Below, piece by piece: positions 33,338 to 43,863 of a stretch of DNA of 64,000 nucleotides; the first letter of the stretch is position 1; every line of letters begins with the position of its first letter. The position numbers and the translations under genes are program-made. The stretch comes from Vulcanimicrobiota bacterium (GTDB lineage Bacteria; Vulcanimicrobiota; Vulcanimicrobiia; Vulcanimicrobiales; Vulcanimicrobiaceae): assembly GCA_963795855.1 (NCBI GenBank), contig CAWCIZ010000003.1:672001-736000 (forward strand), in the 5' to 3' direction. A model generated the notes under the pieces. The model was not told where the DNA came from, searched no databases, and worked only from the letters and a program-made list of their open reading frames with translations.

Positions 33338-36206
33338 CTACACGAACGGCGCGGGACCGACTACGTCGCAGGCGCGTGCCAGAAGATCCGCGACCGATTC
33401 GCGAGAACCGGCCGCGGCAATCGCCGCGAACTCCGCGTCACCGAGCGCGCTGCGCACGCCCGACAGTTTCGCGGCATAACGCGTCTCCAAAACCGGCGGA
33501 CGCGGGACGCGGCGCTCGAGGCGGTACGACTCGATGAAGCCGTGAATGCGAGCGGCGTCCAGCATGCGGCCGCTGCCGGCCGCAAAAAAGACGACGGCGT
33601 CCATGCATTCCGTGAAATGTTCGGGGTCGTCCGTGAGAATGTCGCCGCAGATCGCGAGCGCTTCCTGTAAAACGCCGGCTGCCTCGTCGCGGCGGCCGAG
33701 TTCCGTCGCATAGACGCCCAGCCAGTACAGCCACACCGCTTCCTGCTGGCGCGCGCCCAACGAGTGCGCCGTTTCGACGCTTCGGCGGCTGAGCGTATAC
33801 GCGTCGTCGTTGCGTCCCTGCGTGTAGGCGAGTTGCGCCATGTTCCCGAGGATGATGCCCTCGATGCCCTTCTTGCCTGCGCTTCGCGCGCTCGCCAGCG
33901 CCTGTTCCAGAAGCTCTTGCGCGCGATCCAACCGGCTCGAGTCGAAATTGATCAGCACGTTCGCCAAATTCACGCGCATCAGCGATGCGTTCTCGGAGTT
34001 GAGTTCGTCGTAAATCGTCGCGCTCTCTTGATACGCGCGTTCGGCTTGATCCGCGTCCCCGAGCGAAAGATGCGCGTTGCCGGCGGCGCCGAGCGCTTGC
34101 GCGGTCAAGCGGCGATCTCGCGTTTGCCGCGAGAGCTCGACGGCAATGGACGCGCTTTCGAGTGCGAGCACCGGATCGCTGAACAAAAGCATGCACGCAT
34201 TCGCAAAACGAATCGCTGCCCGGTGCTCGACCTTCATGGCCTCTTCCAGCGCGATGAGTTTTGCGAGGTACTCGCGTCCGGTGCGAAGCTGCGTGTAGTG
34301 GAACCAGTAGTGCGTGAGGTCCTCACCGATCGTGACGGCCGTTTCGAGGTCTTGCCCGTCGAGCGCCCAATCGAACGCGGCGTAGACGTTGTCGATGTCG
34401 AGTTTGAGCTGCTCGAATCCCACGTCGTATCGGCCGGCAACCGGATTGCGCGTCACTTGATGCGCGAGAGTGCGATAATACGCCGCGTGGCGCCGTGCGA
34501 GATCGTCGAGATAGGCCGGAGAGGACCGGCTGCGTGCGTAGACGCGTCCGGTTTCGAGCAGCCGGAATCGCTGGCCGTACGTACCGGCTTCGGTTTGCAC
34601 GAGCGATTTGTCGACGAGGTGCCCCATCAATCCTACGACTTCGTCGTCGCCCAGGTCGTCCGCGCTGCAGATCGACGCTGCCGCGTCGAGTGTGAACGTC
34701 GTCGGAAAAATCGCCAGTCGCGCGAACACGGCTTGCTCCGCGGACGAAAGCATTTCGTAACTCCAGTCCAGCATCGCTCGCAGCGTCTGGCGTCCGGGCA
34801 GCGCGCCGCGTTCGCCTTCCGCCAGCGTTTGAAAGACGTTTTCGATCCGCCGCGCGAGATCCGCCGGCGAAAAAACGCGCAAGCGCGCTGCCGCGAGTTC
34901 GATCGCGAACGGAATTCCGTCGAGATGTCCAACGACTTGCGCGAGTTCGGCTTCGCATTCGGAGAACGAAAGATGCGGCGCGACGTCTTGCGCGCGTTCC
35001 CGGAAGAGTGCAGCGCCTGATCCTGCGTAAGCGCCGGAACCTCATATACCGCCTCGCCTGCAGCGGCCAGCCGCTCGCGGCTGGTAGCAACAATCCGCAG
35101 GGTCGGAGAACTGCGCAACAAATCGGTTGCAACGCTTGCCACCGCTGCGACGACGTGTTCGCAGTTGTCCAGGATCAGTAAGATCGTTCTCTCGGCAATC
35201 GACTCGACGAGGTTGCGCAGCTGCGTCTTGCCGGCCGTTTGCGGCGCGCCGAGCGCCGCGGCGATCGATCCGAGCACGTCGGACTCGTTCTTAGCGCTCG
35301 TCAGATCGACGATCCATGCACCGCCGCCGAAATGCGCTGCAGTTGGGATGCGGCACGAATCGCAAGACGCGATTTGCCGATGCCGCCGGGACCTTTGATG
35401 CAAATCAAACGGCGGCCGGCAAGCAGATCGCCGACCCGCTCCAATTCGCGTTCGCGTCCGACCAGCGGCGAAAGATCGTGCGGCAGATTTCCAAGTGCGA
35501 GCCCGCCGGCATGCGGCGAGGGCGCAAGCAATCCGGGCTGCAGCACCGCAAGCGCGAGTCCCGCCGACTGCGCAAGCGCCATAACTGTTTGGCGGTCGTC
35601 CGCGTCAAGTTGCTCGATCGATGCGGCGAGCAGCAAAAAGCCGACGAGTTCTCCGCGCGCAAGCATCGGGCAGGCCATCGCGCCGCCCGTTTGTGCGGCA
35701 TACTCGTCGGCATTGACCGGCGCCGAAGCGGTGCGCAAGTTCGTTATCAGCACATCGCCGGACGTTACGTCCGGCGGAGTTTGCACGAAGGACGACGCCG
35801 CGGGCCGGTATTCTCCGCTCTTCAAATACACGGCGCTTCCGCCGCCGCCGACGCACTCGTCGATCGCTGCGACGATCCGGTCGAGCAGTTCGTTTGCATC
35901 GCGGAAATCCGTGACGGTTCGCGCTAGGGTGAACAGTTTTTTCCGCGCCTCTCGCCGCCGCTTCGTGAACGCCTGTTCCACGGCGCCTTCCATGCGCTGG
36001 TGAATGGGGCGGAACGCAAAGGCGATGAAGATTGCGACGGCGAGTTCGGAGAGCGTGCTGGCTGCACGGGACGCGTGCGAAAGCATGTGCGCGACGTCCC
36101 ATTCCGCGAGCGTGAGAATGAGGACGATGCCGAAGGTTACAAGAGCATACAGAGCGGCTCGCATGCGAGCGCTCGAACGGTCTTGGGCGAGCAGCGCACT
36201 CGACAT
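33338..36206 (-). CDS. Membrane-anchored GAF + STAND ATPase + TPR protein (frameshifts near 35360 and 34900-35000)
   Basis: Two TM helices, GAF-like segment, [11 protein letters not shown], Walker A GPGGIGKS, Walker [31 protein letters not shown] repeats. Confidence 0.8.
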
Positions 36207-36335
36207 TAGGCCTCCGTACGTTCTGAAATTCGAGCTTAGGTACTTTAGGCCCCGCCGTCTAGGCACTTTGTAAGGTGCCGTCTTGCCGTTGCGCGAGTAA
36301 GCTTACGCTTAAGTGCGCAACTGGGGGACTGCAGA

Positions 36336-37457
36336 ATGAGACGACCTGCTCTCGGACTCGTCATCTCGATACTATTGCTTACGGCTTGCAGCGGCGGCGC
36401 GTCTTCGCCGAGCTCGACGCCGCCTATGACCAATCCGAGCACGCCGCCGACGACCAACCCGGGGCCGCCGCCGCAAACGAGCTCGACGCAAGTCATCGAG
36501 TTTCCCTCGAGCGCAACGCTGCTCGGCGGCTTGGCTTTAGGTTCCGACGGCAACGTGTACTTCAGTACGACGACCGAAATCGGCGTGTTCTCGCCGAAAA
36601 CCGGCCGGTACACGTTGACGGCGTCGCGCGTCCCCGATACGTGGCCCGTCATTCCGACCCTTCAGCCGCGGGGTGCCGTCGCCAGCGCCGACGGAGTCGT
36701 CAGCGCGATCGCGATGAACGACACGTCCTCACCTGCGCCGCAGCAGGCGATGACCGCTGACACGTTCTGCTGCACGCCGGCACTCGTGCGTTTGACGATC
36801 GCGAACGGGTCCTTTACGGAGAACTACGGCCCGCCGAACGACGTCTTCGAGGACGTGACGATGACGCCCGACGGGACTCCCTGGGTGACTGCGAATCAGC
36901 CGACTCCGGCGGGGTTGCTGGGCTTCATCTACACCACGAAAGCCGGCTGCTCCACGGCGCTGCTTCCCGATGCCATCAATAGCATCACGCTGGGCGCGGA
37001 CGGGTTTATTTGGCTCGCGAGCGATCCGCAATTGAACAACACGACGGAGTCGCAGATCTTTCGCGTCGATCCGTCCAACGGAAACGTCGTGCACACGTAT
37101 CGGCTCGGAACCGGTTCGCTCGTAACCGGTTTGACCGCCGGTCCCGACGGCGCGCTGTGGTTTACCGACCAGGGCTTGAACGAGATCGGACGGCTCGGCA
37201 GCGACGGAACCATCAGCTACTTTTCGATTCCGACGGCTGCGAGCGGTCTTGCGGCCATCACCACCGGATGCGACGGCGCGCTGTGGTTTACGGAACAGCA
37301 GGCGAACAAGATCGGCCGCATCACGACTGCCGGTAAGGTGAGCGAGTATGCCGTTCCGACGCCGAATGCGGGCGTCGGCGACATCGCGGGCTGCCTCGGC
37401 GGCGCGATTTTCTTCACCGAAAAGCACGCGATTGGTGAGGTCGTCGTCAAGCCCTGA
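36336..37457 (+). CDS. Vgb (streptogramin lyase)-like beta-propeller lipoprotein
   Basis: LTAC lipobox; repeated GPDGALWFT..N.IGR blades. Confidence 0.85.
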   Translation: MRRPALGLVISILLLTACSGGASSPSSTPPMTNPSTPPTTNPGPPPQTSSTQVIEFPSSATLLGGLALGSDGNVYFSTTTEIGVFSPKTGRYTLTASRVPDTWPVIPTLQPRGAVASADGVVSAIAMNDTSSPAPQQAMTADTFCCTPALVRLTIANGSFTENYGPPNDVFEDVTMTPDGTPWVTANQPTPAGLLGFIYTTKAGCSTALLPDAINSITLGADGFIWLASDPQLNNTTESQIFRVDPSNGNVVHTYRLGTGSLVTGLTAGPDGALWFTDQGLNEIGRLGSDGTISYFSIPTAASGLAAITTGCDGALWFTEQQANKIGRITTAGKVSEYAVPTPNAGVGDIAGCLGGAIFFTEKHAIGEVVVKP

Positions 37458-37461
37458 CGGG

Positions 37462-37831
37462 TCACACGCGGGCGGAAGCCGCGTAAATCTCCTTGCCGTA
37501 ATAATCGCGCATACTTAAACGCAACAGCGCGTGCTTGTGCGGATGCGCGTTCGTCCACACGCTTTCCCAGCGTTTGAGCGCGTCGGCTTTCATCGCGCCC
37601 TCGGCGTCTTCGTCCATCGAATACAAATTGTCGACGTCGACATAAACGAACAACGTCCGGTCTTTCACGTCCGTTCCCTGCACGATGTCCTTGTACTTCG
37701 TTTTGAGCGTCGCGACGGCGTTCTGCTCTTTTGCCAGCGCCGCATCTTGCGGAGTCCCCGCAGGCTGCGAGCACGCGGCGAGGGCGCACGCCAAGGCGGC
37801 GATGGCAAAGGAGTCTGCGAAGCGATGACAT
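37462..37831 (-). CDS. Small hypothetical lipoprotein (start requires one indel; approximate)
   Basis: AIAALACALAACS lipobox followed by a ~100-aa soluble domain. Confidence 0.6.
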
Positions 37832-37875
37832 AGCCTGGTAAAAATTCGGCCATAGCCGCCGTCTATCATGCGTGC

Positions 37876-38478
37876 ATGGATGGCATTGGATGGGCGGCCG
37901 GCGCGATGAGCGCCGCAAGAACGCGGCTGGACGTGGCGGCCGAAAATCTGGCGAATGCATCGACGGACGGCTTTCGAAAAACGGACGTGCGCGGCTTTCT
38001 TTCGGCGGCGGGCATCAGCATGCGAACCGAGCGCAGCGCGGTGCAAGGGCCGCTTAGGCGCACGGGCCGGTCGTACGATCTCGCGATTGCGGGCAGCGGT
38101 ACGTTTCGCGTTCGGAACGCCGCCGGGCGCGTCTTCGCCACGCGCAACGGCGCTTTTCGACGGGACCGGTTCGATAGGCTCGTCGACGACGCGGGACGCG
38201 TGCTGCTGGGAACGCGCGGGCCGCTTTGCGTACCGGACGGCGCGCAGATCGACGCGAGCGGAACCGTTTCTCGCAACGGCGTTACGCTCAACCGCATCGC
38301 GCTTCCCAACGGCTCGAGCCTGCGGACCGGCTTCCTCGAAGGATCGAACGTCGACGCTATCGGCGGGATGATCGACGTGCTGACGGCGCAGCGCTCGTTC
38401 GAAACGGCGCAAAAAGTGCTCTCGGCGATCGACCAAACGCGCGAACGCGCGGACACGCAAGTCGCGGAGTTGAAATAG
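37876..38478 (+). CDS. flgF: Flagellar basal-body rod protein, FlgF-like (short)
   Basis: AENLANASTDGF, TGRSYDLAIAG.G.F, TRNGAF, LEGSNVD..MI...QRSFE. Confidence 0.75.
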   Translation: MDGIGWAAGAMSAARTRLDVAAENLANASTDGFRKTDVRGFLSAAGISMRTERSAVQGPLRRTGRSYDLAIAGSGTFRVRNAAGRVFATRNGAFRRDRFDRLVDDAGRVLLGTRGPLCVPDGAQIDASGTVSRNGVTLNRIALPNGSSLRTGFLEGSNVDAIGGMIDVLTAQRSFETAQKVLSAIDQTRERADTQVAELK

Positions 38479-38481
38479 CCG

Positions 38482-39209
38482 ATGAACAAAGCTTGTACGC
38501 TGCAGCGAGCGGAATGGCCGCGCAGCAGCAAAATCTCGAAATCATTTCGGAAAACCTTTCCAATGCCGACGTTGCCGGCTTCAAAGGCGCCGCAGCAACG
38601 TTTACGGACGTCGCGTCACCTGACGGCGGAACGCTCGGAACGACGGCGATTGGAACGCACGCCGTGTTCACGCAAGGCAAACTGATGCGCAGCGGCGGGC
38701 CATTCGATCTCGCAATCGACGGCGCCGGGTTCTTTGCGGTAATCGACGCGCGCGGACAACGGGCGTACACACGCAACGGAGAGTTCGCGCGCTCGGCAGA
38801 CGGCACGCTGCGCAACGCCCAAGGCTGGCGGCTCGAGGGCGTGGAGATTCCCGCAGATGCGCTCACCGCGACCGTTTCCGAAGACGGCACGCTCACCGTT
38901 ACGACGCAAAAAGGAAAGGCTGCACGCGGACGCATTCGGCTGACGGAATTCGCCGCGCCGGAGTATTTGGAATCCGCGGGCGGCTCGCTCTTCTACGCGA
39001 CGCACGAATCCGGCAAGCCGCGCAGCATCGAAGCCGGCTCGCCTGACGGGCCGTGTATTCGCTTCGGTATGCTCGAGAAATCGAACGTGACGATCGTCGA
39101 CGCGATGATGCAGATCCTTGCAACGCAGCGGGCGTACGAAGCAAACGCTAAAGGCGTACAAGCAGCGGACGAGATGATGCGCATCGCGGACAATTTGCAG
39201 CGATCGTAG
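38482..39209 (+). CDS. flgG: Flagellar basal-body distal rod protein FlgG (indel just after the start)
   Basis: LYAAASGMAAQQ..ISENLSNA, DLAIDGAGFF, YTRNGEF, LEKSNV, QRAYEANAKGVQAADEM. Confidence 0.85.
39147..39197 (+). repeat. Direct repeat copy 1 (flgG 3' end)
   Basis: 51 bp, 46/51 identical to 39982-40032, with a 27-bp perfect core GAGATGATGCGCATCGCGGACAATTTG. Confidence 0.93.
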
Positions 39210-39237
39210 AACGTCTCGCCTCTATCCTGTGACTGCT

Positions 39238-39300
39238 TGCCGAGGTCTTCAGCCAATGCGATCATAATGCCCTCGGGGCCGCGGAGATAAGACGAGCCGG
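39238..39300 (-). pseudogene. C-terminal fragment of a VOC/glyoxalase protein
   Basis: YLRGPEGIMIALAEDLG resembles a VOC C-terminus; the N-terminal part is absent. Confidence 0.5.
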
Positions 39301-39496
39301 TACATGTCCTCGTCTTGTGCAATGTCGCTACGAGTCGGCATCCAGCTCGGACGCGCTGATGCGTGTGGCAGACAACCTCAACGACTTTGACAAAAGCTTT
39401 AGCCTTCAACCGCTTTTCGCATATATCGAAAGGTGCTCTGCCTGCGTCGCCTCGCGTTTAGTGTTGTGAAAGTTGGCAGGTAATATTTTCCAGTGG

Positions 39497-39845
39497 TCAC
39501 CGCTCGCGAACAGTAGGACACTCGCGATGCTCAGAGACGATTCCTTTTACAGGTCCTGACGGGATGTCGATCCGTGAGTGGACGATAGCGAGCAGTGCGC
39601 TCGGCGTAATCGTACGAACGCTTTGAATGCTGAACGCGACGCTGCTGGCTTCGTACGGACCGTGAAAAATCTTCTCGTGCAGTCCCACGACCGGCACGCC
39701 GGCCTTTTACGTGCATCCCGAGCAAGTTAGTAAAATCGACATCATCGGTGCACCACTGGGCGAAGGCTTCGCCATCGCCCTGTTCCCAAGCATCGCTCAA
39801 CGCAGTGAACGTTGTCTGCAGTTGTTCGGCTGTCGTGTCGTCCAT
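39497..39845 (-). pseudogene. SnoaL-like / SgcJ-EcaC (NTF2 fold) protein, frameshifted and apparently C-terminally truncated
   Basis: AWEQGDGEAFAQWCTDDVDFTNLLGMHVKGR then HEKIFHGPYEASS in another frame. Confidence 0.65.
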
Positions 39846-39981
39846 AAGGCGGTTTCCTTTTGATGACGATCCGGTAACAATCGGACGGTAGCATCCCCGT
39901 ATGGAATACGTTCTCCGCAGCCGTACATTTCCCGCCGGCAACACCGCCGCACGCTTAGTTCAGCCGCTTTTTGTGTGCACC

Positions 39982-40032
39982 GCAAAAGGTGTTCAGGCAG
40001 CGGATGAGATGATGCGCATCGCGGACAATTTG
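39982..40032 (+). repeat. Direct repeat copy 2 (orphan flgG 3' end)
   Basis: Encodes AKGVQAADEMMRIADNL followed by SRD-stop. Confidence 0.93.
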
Positions 40033-40036
40033 AGCC

Positions 40037-40189
40037 GTGATTAGCGCACCTGCGCAGCGCGTACGCGCCGAGTTCGAGGCGTTGATGCTGGAGCCGATCT
40101 TGGAGCCGATCGAAGCGGCGTTCGGCGAGTACGGCGAGATCGCGGTGCAATCGTTCGCGCAGACGCTGGCAGGGACGCTTCCGGCATGA
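40037..40189 (+). CDS. 50-aa FlgJ rod-binding-like protein (below the ORF-track cutoff)
   Basis: GTG start; MISAPAQRVRAEFEALMLEPILEPIEAAFGEYGEIAVQSFAQTLAGTLPA; ATGA overlap with fliA. Confidence 0.55.
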   Translation: MISAPAQRVRAEFEALMLEPILEPIEAAFGEYGEIAVQSFAQTLAGTLPA

Positions 40190-40848
40190 CGCGTGAGGCG
40201 CAGATTCGCGAGCTGTTTCCGCTCGTAAAGAAGATCGCGGGGCGCGTGCACCGGTTGCTTCCGGGCAGCGATCGCGGCGATCTCGTCGGCGAGGGAAGCC
40301 TCGGGCTCATTCGAGCGGTCGATTCGTTCGACCCGGCGCGCGGCCCGTCACTCGAACAATACGCCGCGCGAATCATTGCGGGCGCGATGCTGAACGGTTT
40401 GCGCAAACTCGATCCGGTTTCCGAACGCGTGCGCCGCGAAGTGCGCGAAGCCGATCGCGAACGCTACGCGCTCGCAACGGAGATCGGCGCGCTTCCGACG
40501 CAGCAGCAAATGGAAATGCGTCGCCCCGCGCTTCGCCGCGCGGCAACGCATGCGTACCGCTATACGCCGCTTTCACTCGACGGACCGTTGCCGCCGTGCG
40601 AGCGGCTTTCCGGCGATTGGTCGGCCGATCCGGGCGCGATTGCGGTTCAGCGCAACGAGTGCGAACTGGTGCGGGCGGCTCTGCACCGGCTTTCCACGCG
40701 GCATCAGCGCGTCATCGCGCTGCACTATTTCCGCGGCAAAACGCTTCATCAAATCGGCGAGGCGCTCGCGATATCGCCGCAGCGCGCTTCCCAGCTGCAT
40801 CAGGCCGCAATCCGAAATCTGCGCAAGGTGCTGCATGGCGCGTATTGA
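40186..40848 (+). CDS. fliA: FliA/WhiG-family sigma factor
   Basis: DLVGEGSLGLIRAVDSFDPARG, IAGAMLNGLRKLD, TLHQIGEALAISPQRASQLH; flagellar context. Confidence 0.8.
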   Translation: MTREAQIRELFPLVKKIAGRVHRLLPGSDRGDLVGEGSLGLIRAVDSFDPARGPSLEQYAARIIAGAMLNGLRKLDPVSERVRREVREADRERYALATEIGALPTQQQMEMRRPALRRAATHAYRYTPLSLDGPLPPCERLSGDWSADPGAIAVQRNECELVRAALHRLSTRHQRVIALHYFRGKTLHQIGEALAISPQRASQLHQAAIRNLRKVLHGAY

Positions 40849-41131
40849 TCCGGATACGAATCCCGCGGTCTACGTGCCGGTTCCGCAGAGCCGCGCGATT
40901 CTGCCTCTGCTGCCCGACGACGAACTGGAGACGCCGCCGCTTCCGCGCGAACATCCGAAGTGGGTCAAGGACGCGCTGGCCGTTTCCCAGCGCGCACGCC
41001 GCATCATCGCGCAGCTCAAACCCGTCGTTATTCGCGTGCTGACGTTCTGGGACCATCAGGTGCGCGGCATCACCGTCGGCGGACGCGAATTAACCGTCGA
41101 CGTCAGCGGAAGCTATCGCGTCGAGACGTGA
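40835..41131 (+). CDS. Hypothetical protein
   Basis: 98-aa ORF overlapping the fliA end. Confidence 0.55.
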   Translation: MARIDPDTNPAVYVPVPQSRAILPLLPDDELETPPLPREHPKWVKDALAVSQRARRIIAQLKPVVIRVLTFWDHQVRGITVGGRELTVDVSGSYRVET

Positions 41132-41682
41132 ACTCGGCGATAAGCGGAACGCGCTAAGCGAAACATCAGGATCGCCGCGAGCAGGCAAAGCACGGCGGCG
41201 GCGAACGGAGCGGCAAACGCGAGCACGACAATGGCCGCTGCGCTAATGTCCTCAAAAACGCTGATGAACGGATTGGCGATTCCCACGGTGGTGGCCGTCG
41301 AGACGACGCGAACCGAAGACGTAAACGTGTGAATGCCGAGCGCGTTCAACGCGCCGATCACCATTAAACCGATGAGTGCGTCATGACTCTGCGGATGCGT
41401 GACGCCGCCCGTGAGAATCGCCGCGGCCGCAGGTTTCGTAACGACTTGCGCCACGTGCAACACGTGATCGAGGAACGGAACTTTCTCGGCGAGCACTTCC
41501 AAGAGCGCCATACCGACGAGAACGAGGGTCACGACGGTTGAACCGAGCCATGCAAAGGTTGCGGGCGTGTGAACGTAACCGAAATGCACCGCAATCGATA
41601 CGAGCGCGAGGGGAAGCAAAGCACGGATTCCGGCGCTCGTAGTGAGCGCATAAGCTAAGGCGTACTGTGCCGCACTGTCCAT
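41113..41682 (-). CDS. DUF4126 family membrane protein
   Basis: SAGIRALLPL, EVLAEKVPFLDH, NPFISVFED. Confidence 0.85.
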   Translation of the reverse strand: MDSAAQYALAYALTTSAGIRALLPLALVSIAVHFGYVHTPATFAWLGSTVVTLVLVGMALLEVLAEKVPFLDHVLHVAQVVTKPAAAAILTGGVTHPQSHDALIGLMVIGALNALGIHTFTSSVRVVSTATTVGIANPFISVFEDISAAAIVVLAFAAPFAAAVLCLLAAILMFRLARSAYRRVHVSTR

Positions 41683-41804
41683 CCCCCTCTCCCTTGCGTG
41701 CTATGGCCATCGAAGCATAGCACCGCGCGGTCTCGGAACCGTCCCGCGGCTTCTGCATGAAGCGAGCGAGCGCAGGGCGAACTTCCGCACCGACGAGGTA
41801 TCTG

Positions 41805-43091
41805 ATGCGCAAGGTTTTACTCGCCGGCATTGCATGCGTGGTGCTGTCGGCATGTTCGCAAGGAGAGCGCGCCGACGTCGGATCTGCGGCTTGGACGATG
41901 TATCAAGGCGCATCCGATCGGAACGCGGTCATCTCGCGTCCAGGCTTCGCCGTTAGGTGGAAGTTCGACAGCGGTGCAAAGATCAACGGCGGATTGGCGC
42001 TCGCCGGTCAGACGCTGTTCGTCGACACGTTCAAGAACGATCTCATCGCGTTGGACGTGCGCACCGGCGCGGAGATCTGGCACGCGCACGCGCGCAACGT
42101 GCTGATGTCTACACCAGTTCTCGCGAACGGACTTGTATACGTCGGGTCGGGCCGGGACGGATTTTTGATAGCCAAAGCCACGCATCAACCCGTGATGTCC
42201 GCGCGCGCCGGCCACATTTGGGGCGAGCAGAAGGGCGATGATTTCCTCGCAATCGATGCCGCGACCGGAGCGGCGCGGTGGTCGTACCGCACGGTAGGTC
42301 AGAACATGCCTTCGCCGGTGTTGGAAGCCGGCGCAGTGATTTTCGCCAACGGCGACGGACATGCATACGCGCTGAATGCCGGCTCCGGAAAAGTACTTTG
42401 GACGCAGCTGCTCCGCGGCATTTCTACGATGGCCTCCGCTAATGCGGGAGGCGGCCGCGTCTTCATTTCGACGTGTCATTATCGCAGCGAGCCGACGCCA
42501 TGTGAAACGGACGCTTTCGATCCGCGCACGGGCACGCTGCTCTGGACCTCGCCGTATGGAAACGCCGACGCCGCGCCCGCGTATGCGGCGGGGCGTGTTT
42601 TCGTGAGCGGGTTGATACGGCATAGAACCTATTTGGGCGGACGCGGCGTCGTCGCGTCTCTGGATGCTCGCACGGGCCGGCCGATTTGGATTTATCGCAC
42701 GCCGACGATCGGCGTGTTGACGGCGGTCGGATCCGGCGAGGTCGCGGTCGCGGGCACGTATGGCGGCGGCACGTATTATCAAGCGATCCCGACGCAAGAC
42801 GAATTCATTGCTTTTGACGCGCGCACCGGGCGAATTCGTTGGGTGCACCGGTCCATGGCGCCGATCAAAATGAGCGCAATCGTCAAAGACGGAAAAGTCT
42901 ACGTCGGCGATACCGCCGGAATTTTGTACGTACTCGATGCAGCGAGCGGATCAACGCTGAACATGACGCTGTCGCGCGAGCCGTTCTCTACCTCGCCGCC
43001 GGTGCTCGTCGGAGAGACGCTGCTGTTCGTAAACGGGCAAAGTGTTTACGCCGTTCCGCTTTCACAGTTGCCGGTAAAAGGCGGGCTATAA
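41805..43091 (+). CDS. PQQ-binding-like (BamB-like) beta-propeller lipoprotein
   Basis: LSAC lipobox; repeated ALDxxTGxxxW blades. Confidence 0.85.
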   Translation: MRKVLLAGIACVVLSACSQGERADVGSAAWTMYQGASDRNAVISRPGFAVRWKFDSGAKINGGLALAGQTLFVDTFKNDLIALDVRTGAEIWHAHARNVLMSTPVLANGLVYVGSGRDGFLIAKATHQPVMSARAGHIWGEQKGDDFLAIDAATGAARWSYRTVGQNMPSPVLEAGAVIFANGDGHAYALNAGSGKVLWTQLLRGISTMASANAGGGRVFISTCHYRSEPTPCETDAFDPRTGTLLWTSPYGNADAAPAYAAGRVFVSGLIRHRTYLGGRGVVASLDARTGRPIWIYRTPTIGVLTAVGSGEVAVAGTYGGGTYYQAIPTQDEFIAFDARTGRIRWVHRSMAPIKMSAIVKDGKVYVGDTAGILYVLDAASGSTLNMTLSREPFSTSPPVLVGETLLFVNGQSVYAVPLSQLPVKGGL

Positions 43092-43107
43092 AAGCGCAAG
43101 CGCTTTG

Positions 43108-43863
43108 CTAGAGGCGTTCCAGCAAACCGTCAAGGAGTGCGGCAAGACGCGGCGCGGCGCTTTTTGCGACGTCCGTCACTTCCGAGTGCGATGTTTCGGG
43201 GGCCGCGACCGCGTTCGTGATGAGGCTCACGCCGAACACGTCGAGCCCTTTGGCGCGCGCGGCAATCGTTTCAAGTACCGTCGACATACCGACGGCGTCG
43301 GCACCGATGGCGCGCAGATAACGCGCTTCGGCCGGCGTTTCGTACGTGGGCCCCATGAGACCGGCGTATACGCCTTCGCGCAAATTCGGGTCGAGCGAAT
43401 GCGCGAGCTTCCGCAGCGTCGGACTGTACGCGTCCGTCATGTTGACGAACGGGTTTGCGATGCCGGAACCGACGAGCGGATTCATGCCGGTGAGGTTGAT
43501 GTGATCGCCGATGAGCATCAGGTCGCCCGCCGCAAACTGCGGGTTCAGCGCGCCCGCGGCGTTCGTGAGCAGTAACGTCTTCGCGCCGCGTTCGGCTGCG
43601 ATTGCAACGTTGCGCGTAACGTCTCGCGCGGCAAAGCCTTGATAGCCATGCACGCGTCCCGCAAACGCCAGCACGCGTTTTCCGTGCCAGCGGCCGATGA
43701 GCGCGTGGCCCGCATGGCCGGCCAACTGCGCGACCGGCATGCCGATCTCCGCATACGCGACGCGGCTGAAGAGCGCGCGCTCGGCCCACTCCTCGCCGCC
43801 GAGCAGCTCGGAAAGGCCGCTGCCGAGCACGATGGCCGCGTCGAGTTCGCCGATTTTATCCAC
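43108..43863 (-). CDS. punA: Purine-nucleoside phosphorylase (trimeric type)
   Basis: IVLGSGL, GRVHGYQG, TNAAG, GPTYETPAE, GADAVGMSTVLE. Confidence 0.92.
   Translation of the reverse strand: MDKIGELDAAIVLGSGLSELLGGEEWAERALFSRVAYAEIGMPVAQLAGHAGHALIGRWHGKRVLAFAGRVHGYQGFAARDVTRNVAIAAERGAKTLLLTNAAGALNPQFAAGDLMLIGDHINLTGMNPLVGSGIANPFVNMTDAYSPTLRKLAHSLDPNLREGVYAGLMGPTYETPAEARYLRAIGADAVGMSTVLETIAARAKGLDVFGVSLITNAVAAPETSHSEVTDVAKSAAPRLAALLDGLLERL

Larger units (their letters stand above)
39198..39981. mobile_element. Small insertion / island remnant in the flgG 3' end
   Basis: Lies between the two flgG-end copies; contains decayed accessory genes; no integrase. Confidence 0.7.

Noticed and set aside
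39966..39978. GCTTTTTGTGT near both island ends (also about 14385-14396)
   Set aside because: Short and low-complexity; insufficient to link the two elements.
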